Notes under the pieces: generated by a model | What the model was told of the DNA's origin: nothing | The model's input: the letters and a program-made list of their open reading frames with translations, nothing else | Database searches by the model: none | Translations under genes and position numbers: made by a program | From: Octopus sinensis | Lineage: Eukaryota | Direction of reading: 5' to 3' | Assembly: GCF_006345805.1 (NCBI RefSeq) | Contig: NC_043009.1 | Location: 25,854,001 to 25,918,000, forward strand | Length of the DNA: 64,000 nt | Shown here: positions 53,374-64,000 of the stretch, piece by piece | Layout: each line of letters starts with the position of its first letter | Numbering within the stretch: position 1 is the first letter of the stretch

Positions 53374-54523
53374 CCGCAGCTCGTCTCCATGACCGAACTG
53401 CAGTCGTGGATCAAAAAGAGGCCGAAGAAGGGCGAATGGCACCGCGAGTGTCGCGTTGCTCTCAAGCAACTCTGCCGTCCTGGGTCGACCTTGAGTGACT
53501 TCAACACAACCAAAGCATTCTATAGGGGTTTAGTGGAGGGGAGGTACGACGACGAGCTCGGGGCGAACCTGGACGTCGACGAGGAGTACCTGACCCGCCT
53601 GTTCAGGACGACTTTCGGGCCAGGGCCCATGGACAACTTCCAGAGATCCCTGGCCTGGCAGTGCTACCGAGAAGCGCTACCCGTTGGGATAAGCTCTACA
53701 GACACGGCTCGAGAAACACGGGGCCGACCTGCCCGAGATGCGGTCAGAGCGACGAAACCGTTCTGCACGCACTCGTGCAGTGTCCAACAATTTCCGACCT
53801 GTGGGCTTGTGTCGCACAAACTGCTGTCACGTGTGGGACGAGTCGGTTTATCAGCTGAGTCTATCGTAATATTGTCACGCCCCCCTCCTTCAAACGGGAA
53901 GGAAGAGCTATTTTCATCATCCTTGTGGCTATGGCGAAAGAATGTATCTGGTGGACGCGTCTGAAAGGATGGAGACAAACACTTTCCTCTCTGGTCAATC
54001 TCTCATCAACTTCTTCAAGTACCACTTGAAAAGGAAAGTGAGAGTAGAGAGGCAAGTTTTGTCTAGCGAATGTTTTAAAAAAAGATGGGTGAATGTAGCA
54101 AGAATGGCACGTATGAATGACGAAGCCACCTTGAGCATGATCCTATGAACCCAGAAATTGAAAATAGAGAGTTGCTTATTTGCAAAAAAAAAAAAGAAGA
54201 AATATAACATGTGACTCCATTGACCGAGGTTACCGTGGTCTTTTCCGTAGGCTTTTCTTTCCACGGGTAAACCTCACCTGTCCTCCCCTTTACACTTCAT
54301 ATTGACATTTCTGTGATAACGATCCCTATTGATCCATTTTTTTTTTCCTCTCCCCCTTTTTTTTTTAACCCCCCTTTTTTGTCCTCTTTCTCTCCTTTTA
54401 CGATCCCTTTTGATCGAAACTCCCCCTTCCTTTTTTCTTTTTTTTTTTTAAACCTTCAAAAGAAAAGCTCTACCTTGTAATTTGTTCTATCTGTGTGCAG
54501 CCCTGTGTGGCTAATAAAGAAAC
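53371..54523 (+). mobile_element. 5'-truncated Tx1-like LINE (second subfamily) lying between (TATC)n arrays
   Basis: DNFQRSLAWQCYREALPV and CPRCGQSDETVLHALVQC are homologous to the copy at 1-3440. ORF ends at 54148, then a pyrimidine-rich 3' UTR ending GTGTGGCTAATAAAGAAAC. (TATC)n at 53270-53370 and from 54525. Confidence 0.92.
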
Positions 54524-54560
54524 ATATCTATCTATCTATCTATCTGTGTATATATATATG

Positions 54561-54677
<117 letters not shown>

Positions 54678-54716
54678 GTGTATATATATATGTGTCTGTC
54701 TGTCTGTCTGTCTGTC

Positions 54717-54775
<59 letters not shown>

Positions 54776-55545
54776 GTGTATGTATGCATGTATGTATAAG
54801 TGTGTATTCACATGCACCCATATAAATGCGTTGTTATTAAATATTAGGATACGGGCAGCAAGCTGGCTTTTCATCTCTTTGGGATCGATAAATTAAGTAC
54901 CAGTATTTCACTGGGGGCGATGTAATCTACTAGTCCACCACCACAAAATTTCAGGCCTTGTGCCTTTAGTAAAAAGGATTATTAAATATTAGGTTAAGGC
55001 GGCGTGCTGGTAGAATCGTTCGCACACCTGGCAACATGCTTAGCGGCATTTCTTTCGTCTTTACCTTCCTCCATCTTTACTTTTCTGCCGTGATCGACTT
55101 TGCTCTTTCCTCCATTTCGGGGGTTGATAAAATAAGTAACAGTCGAGAACTGGGGTCGATGTACTCGACCACTCCTCGACTCCAAAATTTCAGGCCCTGT
55201 GCCTATAGTTGAAGGGATTATCATAAATTAAGTTGTAGGGGTAATGGCTTAGCGGAGTCATCAGAGCTTCGGAAGAAATACCGCAACACTTCGCGGTTTT
55301 TCTGCATCCTCTTTATGTTCTGAATTCAAATCCTACTGAGGTTAACTTTACAAGACCAGCAATTTCGGAGCAGGGGTTAAGTCAATTACATCAACCCCAG
55401 TGCTCAGCTGGTGTTTATTTAATCGATTCTAAAAAGATGAAACGCAAAATCGACTTTGGTGGAATTTGAACTCAGAATGTAAAAACGGACGAAAGGTCGC
55501 TAAGCATTTTGTCCGACTTGCAAACGATTCTGACAGCATGCCGCC

Positions 55546-55603
<58 letters not shown>

Positions 55604-55973
55604 ACGAATTAAAGGCAACCTTAATAATGTAAACATTATCAGTAGCACATATATATATATACATATAGGGTATGAGTCTGGTTTATACGCTAAATTTGCT
55701 GCGGGATATCATCCGGGGAAAGCTCCCGAAACGACGTCACAGACCAGGCGAGGCAACTCGCTACGGAATAACTGAGAATGGTAGATATTGATATATCGCT
55801 ATTATCGAAGACTTATCACTATCATGTACTGGGATCATCTCGAAACGAGGTGAATCACTGGTCTGTGATTTATATGCTAATAGAATGAAAACTATTTTCT
55901 GATGAGCTGCGGCGTAGCACATGTGAGAGAAAAGCAAGTTACGAATTAAAACTAGCTCTAGTAATGTAAACCT

Positions 55974-56136
55974 TATCGGTCACATACGCGCAATGCACGC
56001 GTATTCTTTATACGCCAAATAAGCAGCGGGATAACATCCGCGGAAAGTTCCTCAAACGACGCCGAGTGTTGATGCTATCACGCAGCAAAATTTGGCGTAG
56101 AAGCCAAACAGATACTGTATGCATGTGCGACCGATA
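55974..56136. mobile_element. Unclassified MITE-like element with diverged TIRs; a second partial copy at ~55637-55740
   Basis: TATCGGTCACAT...TATACGCCAAAT is inverted relative to ATTTGGCGTAGA...ATGTGCGACCGATA. The block GCGGGATA.CATCC.GGGAAAG occurs twice. Confidence 0.5.
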
Positions 56137-56149
56137 GAAAATATGTATT

Positions 56150-56381
56150 AAGGCGGCGAGCTGGCAGAAACGTTAGCACGCCGGGCGGAATGCGTAGCCG
56201 TATTTCGTCTGCCGTTACGTTCTGAGTTCAAATTTCGCCGAGGTCGACTTTGCCTTTCATCCCTTCAGGGTCGATAAATTAAGTATCAGTTACACACTGG
56301 GGTCGATATAATCGACTTAATCCGTTTGTCTGTCCTTGTTTGTCCCTTCTGTGTTTAGCCCTTCGTGGGCAAGAAAGAAAT
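56150..56381 (+). mobile_element. Full-length S2 SINE with tail type A
   Basis: AAGGCGGCGAGCTGGCAGAAACG...GTTCTGAGTTCAAAT...TGTTTGTCCCTTCTGTGTTTAGCCCTTCGTGGGCAAGAAAGAAAT. Confidence 0.9.
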
Positions 56382-56668
56382 GAGAAAAAAATATACATAG
56401 TAATTTTGAAAGGAGTGATGTAGTGGATTCTATCGTCCCTAGAACTTATTGGGTGGTAATCTATATGAGTAGAAAACCTGATCATGGCGGGATTTGAACA
56501 TAGAATGCAAAGAAATGGCAGAAATACCACACTAAAGTTTTTCAACGAGTGAACAATTCTGTCCATGTATATATATATATATATATATATGATATTTATA
56601 TATGCATATACATGTATACACACACAACACACACACACACGTATATATATATATATATATATAGTATA

Positions 56669-56706
<38 letters not shown>

Positions 56707-57479
56707 GATAGATAATTAGATATAGATGTATAGATATAGGTTAAAGATATACGTGTCATTTCCTATTATTCCTCTTATAATCTTTTATGAAAATTAATAA
56801 AACACTGATTAAATATCGATATTTATAAAAATATTTTATATAGTTTAACTATTTGTAATATTTCTTATAATTACTTGAATTGCTTTTTGTTGAAAATATA
56901 ATGCATATAATATAGAATTACATGGAATATCGTTTCTAATTCAAAGCTACTTAAACTCTGTTTCTTTACAATTTACAATATATTGAAGTGGAGCTCTTCC
57001 AGCCTTCCGCTCGACCACCCACCTTCTCACTTCCTTACCTCCTCCCGATCCCCTCGTTTCCTCGTCGCGTTAAACAAATTTCCGCAAGTAAATAAAATGT
57101 CGTCGCTGGAATAAATAATAAACGCATAATAAATGTGTTTGTTTGTGTGTGTGTGTGCGTGCGCGCGTGCGCATGCGTGTGCATGTGTGTGTCGAGTGTA
57201 CACATACACACACACATTTACAGGCATATATATACTTATGAATACATATGCGCATATATATATATATATATATACGTACATGTCTATGTATGTCTACAAA
57301 TATATATGTATATATATATATATATGCATACATACACACACACATATATACATATATATAATATATATATGTATGTATATGCACACATGGATGTATTTTT
57401 GTATCTACTAATACGCGTATATACACACACATATATAAACATGCATGTATTTCTCAATTTTTAACTAACTGTCCACCTA

Positions 57480-58515
<1,036 letters not shown>

Positions 58516-58701
58516 CTTTAATGATATGTGTTTCGATATATCTAATAGGAATGATATTTACTGTTAAATTTCCAATACTTTAATAGTAGGAATAATGCAA
58601 TCTTTCAAATATATAAATGATCTATATACACAAGTAACATGAGTTATAATATAAACAATAGTGTTTTCATGTGCCTGTCTGTGTGTCTGTCTGTCTCTGT
58701 C

Positions 58702-58757
<56 letters not shown>

Positions 58758-58769
58758 TATGTGTGTTAG

Positions 58770-58970
58770 CTTAGATTTTCTTTGGTGCTGGCCAGATTGG
58801 AGCAGTTTCGAGTACAACCAGCCGAAACTGTAAAAATGATCTGGAACTCGACTGAGGAACCAACACTCTGAATGACCCGTCCTTGTTTTTTCTAGTCCCT
58901 TTTTGTATCATCTAACTGTCTGAAGGTTTTATTGTCGCCTGTTGCGTTCTTGTCCCATTTTTGTATTCTT
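58770..58970 (+). repeat. Unclassified interspersed repeat next to TA tracts; inverted copy at 63230-63430
   Basis: Shared GAAACTGTAA.GATGAT...GAATGACCCGTCCTTG block in the two copies. Confidence 0.6.
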
Positions 58971-58990
58971 TTCATATATATATATATAAA

Positions 58991-59065
<75 letters not shown>

Positions 59066-60420
59066 CATATATAAATGAAACAATGGAATCGAACAGATGT
59101 TAACAAAATTTCTTTACTCTCGACATATGTTTCGAAGACAACTGGTTTCATGAAGCCGTTGCTAAGAACTTTCCCAGAAATTCTAGATATCATTCTTTAT
59201 CAATTCCCACATAGTTAGAATCGCTTTCTCTAACACTAGAAATCTTTCACAAATTATATTTCTCACAATACCAAGCTGCTAAACAAAGATTCTTCACCCG
59301 GGAGTTCCAACCACTATCTTGCTAATTCCAACCCATCATACAATCATAATAATAGGAATTGTATTAATAGTAATAGCATTGGTAGCAGCGATAGTGTTAA
59401 CAATGATAATATTAATAATAGTATTAGTCGTGTCAATAAAAATGGTAATGTTGATGTTAATAACAATAACGGTATTATTGTCGGTGGTATTACTGGTTGT
59501 ATTACCATTAATAATACTAATATATAGAAATAGTGTAGTTGTTGCGCTAATAATAATAGTAACAGCAATCATAGCAATAAAAATTTCGTTTCGATCTCGG
59601 AGGACAACCCCAACAGAATTAAATTTTGTCTGTAATTCTAAGATTAAGAATTCTATTTACCAGTGTAGAATTTCTTCCGGTACCGATGTCTTCTTTTCTC
59701 TATAGGAGCGTCCACTTCCCCCGTTATCCAAGAGAATTTCAAACCATTATTCAACATTCAGGGATAGTAAAAAACGACATAGTACAGGGCTAAGTAAATT
59801 AGTTTGGCGTCTTAAAGATAACAATATAAATTTCAAGTTAGATTGGTTCATACTGTCTATATCCTTTCCTTTTGATAAGGGCAGGAGATTTTGTAACATT
59901 TGCAACTCTGAACTCTTCCATATTCTCTTCTCTAAGGTTCCCCTTGTAAACACACTCATAGAAAAATCATACAAATGTAAACACTGGCAGAAACATACTA
60001 TCTACTCATATAAATGATAACGATAGTTACTGTGGTTTGAAAAATTAGCTTTACGTGCACTCCACTTCAATAGCGAAATTCTTTCCTAAGCCTTTGAACA
60101 TTCTTTCAATCAACGTACCATTCCCTTCCACTTGTTCCCTACCTATTATCCTTTAACCCTTCTCTTCCTACTATCTATCTTGACGTCAATTCTTCTAACG
60201 GTTTTTTAAAAAAACACTCATTATCGTTTTGTTTCCATGTAGGCAGTCATCGAAATTTTTGTTTGTCTTGTTGTCGAGAGAGGCTCCCTTTCTTTCCTGA
60301 TGAGAAGATTGCATAATGCACCCTTTATTCCTTTGGAATGAAACCATGTTGTCTTCGAAACATATGTCGAGAGTAAAGGAATTTTGTTAACATCTTCGTT
60401 CGACTCCATTCTTTCATTTA
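59066..60420 (+). mobile_element. 5'-truncated Penelope-like element: inverted pseudo-LTR piece, ORF C-terminus with GIY-YIG endonuclease (to 60017), 3' region with hammerhead
   Basis: KNFPRNSRYHS, AFSNTRNLSQII/SHNTKLL, Asn-rich linker, KNSIYQC...SIGASTSPLSKRISNHYSTFRD...LSKLVWRLKDNNI...CNICNSE...CKH. 59066-59150 is the reverse complement of 60335-60420. Confidence 0.85.
60292..60373 (+). ncRNA. Type I hammerhead ribozyme; predicted cleavage after 60368 (GUC)
   Basis: CTTTC-CTGATGA-GAAGAT...GTCTTC-GAAA-CATATGT-C-GAGAG. All core nucleotides intact; stem III is the palindrome ACATATGT. Confidence 0.75.
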
Positions 60421-60755
60421 TTCATATACAACACACAAATTTCTGCATATGAACCCGGAGTTTCTATCCTTGGACAGGTCGCTTCAACCGTGTTTCTGAC
60501 GTGAATTTGCTACCCTGGTTTCGGTTCAACGAATTTTCCATGCTGACGATAAGCATAGGATAATTCATTCACCTATTTATATATATATATATATAGTCGA
60601 TATTTAACATTATTGGTCTAATGGGTATATGTCGATTAATGTGTTGAAGTGTTGAATTGAGTGCTGACATAGTTTGAGCTAGCTAGTGTCATCCACAGTC
60701 GGAGTGTTTCAGTTGGATCAACTTCAGGAATTCCGCAGTGTTAGTAGACATAATA

Positions 60756-60788
<33 letters not shown>

Positions 60789-60826
60789 GTATAATAATAA
60801 TAATAATAATAATAGTAATAATAATA

Positions 60827-60858
<32 letters not shown>

Positions 60859-60865
60859 TAATAAT

Positions 60866-61078
60866 AATTGCTTAAGTAACGAAAAAATGAATTTGGCATT
60901 AATTTAATCTTAATTTTGTACAACGGTCGTTTCGAGCCATCCTGCTAACGTCGCTTATGGGTGGGACATGTTTAAAGGAGTCCCACCCTCAAGGGACAGT
61001 AGCAGGATGGGTCAAAACGACCGTTGTACAAAATTAAGATTAAATTAATGCCAAATCCATTTTCTCGTTACTTAAGCA

Positions 61079-61081
<3 letters not shown>
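60866..61081. repeat. 216-bp foldback with (AAT)n on the left and (ATT)n on the right
   Basis: AATTGCTTAAGTAACG...CGTTACTTAAGCAATT, with an inner stem GGGTGGGAC/GTCCCACCC. Confidence 0.9.
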
Positions 61082-61119
<38 letters not shown>

Positions 61120-61343
61120 CATTATTATTATATAAACGAAGAAGTGACTGTGTGGTAAGTTGCTTGCTTACCAACCACATGGTTCCATGATCAGCCCCAC
61201 TGCGCGGTACCTTGTGAGTGAATTTGGTAGGTTTGGTATGTGTGTGTGTATGTTTGTGTGTCTGTGTTTTTTTAAATAAAAGAATATATGTGTGTGTCTT
61301 TCTCTCGCTCTCTCTCTCTTTATATATATATGCATAAACACAA

Positions 61344-61375
<32 letters not shown>

Positions 61376-61799
61376 TTTGATACTTTGATAGGTTTCGGCC
61401 ATTATTGGCCCAGGCCATGTCTAACTTAATAGCACCAAGAGCGAGTTTCATCATTTTGATTTATTTACATGTTTTTCTTTATTGAGATGGAGAAAATCTT
61501 TTTCCATGCAACACTGACTTACAACAGCAGGTAATCCAACCTATCTGTGCGCGCGCGTATTATTATATATAGTTGTAATAATATAACCATAGAGATATGT
61601 ATTATTGTATATATATGTATATATGTACAGATGAATACATAGAAATATAATGTAACTTCGTGGTTAAATACTGTAATATAATGAATTATGTAACATATAT
61701 ACACATTATGTATTCATGTACCTACGTATATATATGTATAGATGTATCTCTCTCTCTCTCTCTCCTTCTCTCTCTACACACACACACATACATACACAC

Positions 61800-61846
<47 letters not shown>

Positions 61847-61889
61847 CATACATACATACATACATACATTTATATGTGTATATATATAT

Positions 61890-62080
61890 GAAGTCATCTC
61901 GCCATGTTGAACCGCTGAACTCTACACAGTTTTTCTCTCCCCATCTTTTCCCCTTTTATTTCTTTCTGTCGAAGAGTGTAGGCTCGAAATGTAAATGATT
62001 TTCTATCTTTCCCGAACGTTAAACAAATACACCTGCTTGTTGTTCCTATATCTCTCTTCGTGTTTTGTTTTTCTAAAAAA
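61890..62080 (+). mobile_element. Penelope-like pseudo-LTR remnant with hammerhead variant (61961-61998)
   Basis: TCTTT-CTGTCGA-A-GAGT-GTAG-GCTC-GAAA-TGT-A-AATGA. Same family as 6740-6900. Confidence 0.55.
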
Positions 62081-62510
62081 TTGAACTATATATATCTGCG
62101 CACGCATGTATGTGAATATGTGTGTGTGTGTGTGTGTGTAGTTGTAATAAAATGACATAAAATACAGAGGCTTGTTATATATATGTGCGTATATGTATGT
62201 AATATATATATTGTTAGAATACAATTATGTAAATATGTATACTACTGAAATATAAAATATAAACGCATACATTAGCACGCGCATATATATATATCATATA
62301 TATATATATATGCGCGTGCTAATGTATGCGTTTATATTAGTATATTTCAGTAGTATACATCATTTACATAATTGTATTCTAACAATATATATATATATTA
62401 CATATATATACGTACATAATATAACAAGCCTCTGTATTTATGTCATTTTATTACAACTACCACACACACACACACATATACACATTATGTATATGTACGT
62501 ATATATATAC

Positions 62511-62561
<51 letters not shown>

Positions 62562-62617
62562 CATATATATATATATATACATTAACATATATACATATAT
62601 ATATATATATATAACAT

Positions 62618-62664
<47 letters not shown>

Positions 62665-62724
62665 ATATATATATATATATATAGATATATATATACACAA
62701 TATATATATATATATAATTATATA

Positions 62725-62995
62725 TATACATATAAAGGGTAAAGACCCCCTTCGGTCATGAATGACCATGGGATTGCACCTAGAAGTTACCCTCCTAGAC
62801 ACAAGTCCGGGCAAGGTTGTTTATGGAAGACCAGCAGTCGCCCATGTATACCGGCCTCCCCTCTCCACGCCACCAGTGTTATCCAAGGGAAAGACAAAGG
62901 CCGATACAGCTTGGCACCTGTGACGTCGCAACTCATTTCATACAGTTGGTAAATGGAGCAACGTGAAATAATGTGCCTTGCTCAAGAACACAACA
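62725..62995 (-). mobile_element. 5'-truncated SINE with CORE-like block
   Basis: On -: GTGTTCTTGAGCAAGGCAC...CACGTTGCTCC, with tail ATCCCATGGTCATTCATGACCGAAGGGGGTCTTTACC. Confidence 0.6.
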
Positions 62996-63136
62996 TATAT
63001 AAATATATATGCACATATATATTGATATACATATATGTATATATATATATATACGCACACACACACATATGTATATGCATATACATATATATACACATAC
63101 ATATATATGTACATATATATATGTATATATATGTTC

Positions 63137-63171
<35 letters not shown>

Positions 63172-64000
63172 TTACCAGGTGAGCAAAATCGTACTTACGC
63201 AGCTATATGTATATATATAACCTTAAAAAATTAGAACAAGAGCGCAACAGACGACAATAGAACATCTGGTCAGATAGACAATACAAAGACGGACAGGAAA
63301 AAAGCAAGGACGGGTCATTCGCAGTCTTTCCTCATCAGTCAAGTTTCGAAATCATCCTTACAGTTTCGACTGGTTACACTTGAGACTGTTCAAATCTGGC
63401 TGACCCCCAAAATATAGCTAAGACCATCATATATATAATACATAATATATATATATATATATAATTCAACAATTGAGGGTAAAATTATTAATTAATCAAT
63501 TTCACCAAGTATTCGTATGCAAAGGGACCATTTAAGGCGAATTCAAATTATTACATTATATAAAAGGGTTAGTAAAAAAAAATAAACTAAATAATTTATT
63601 ATATATATATATATATATACATGCATACACTATTGGACACAGGGATATACACGAATGCAAACATATTGCATAGAGAATACTTTAACAAGTTTAATTATTC
63701 TTTCATCAAAGTATTTATTCATAAGCAGAGATGTGCATTAATAAAGGAAATAGAAGCAATCTTCAGATAATGACCCAAGAAATGATAATAATAATAATAA
63801 TAATAAAAAGAAGAACAGCAACAACAACAATTCACAAGGCCAGAAATCAGTGAGGCTGGGACTAATCGATTACTTGACTCAGTGTTTCACTGGTACTTAA
63901 TTTATCGAAAAGCAAGTCGATCTCGGTAGAATTTGAACTCAAAACGTAGCGATGGGCGAAATACCGATTATCATTGCGTCCAGCGCGCGAACGATTCTGC

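Noticed and set aside
55889-55930. CTGATGAG followed by a GCTGC/GTAGC hairpin
   Set aside because: No GAAA directly after stem II and no stem I or stem III.
63300-63400. CTGATGAG and two GAAAC motifs on - in the 58770/63230 repeat family
   Set aside because: The order and pairing do not give a hammerhead fold, and the other copy lacks CTGATGA.

Overview
Eukaryotic, AT-rich, repeat-saturated window in which I found no host protein-coding exon I can support. The very high (AT)n/(AC)n/(AG)n/(GATA)n load and the tRNA-derived SINE families suggest an octopus (coleoid cephalopod) genome; this is inference from remembered repeat families, not a database result. Contents: two decayed Tx1/L1-clade LINEs, a near-intact mariner plus mariner remnants and a MITE, two Helitrons with Pif1 helicase remnants (one with both termini), a Helentron-type non-autonomous element, many SINEs, a 1.56-kb tandem duplication, several foldbacks and a 38-nt U6 snRNA fragment. 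The main unexpected signal is a set of minimal type I hammerhead ribozyme motifs with palindromic or near-palindromic stem III. They occur in a Penelope-like GIY-YIG element, in several non-coding elements next to (TA)n tracts (one a circularly permuted ~490-nt retrozyme-like unit), and in a tRNA-headed SINE-like element. A second signal is that one SINE family shares its 3' tail with the Tx1 LINE in this window. All alignments and folds were done by eye, and boundaries are approximate unless termini are quoted.
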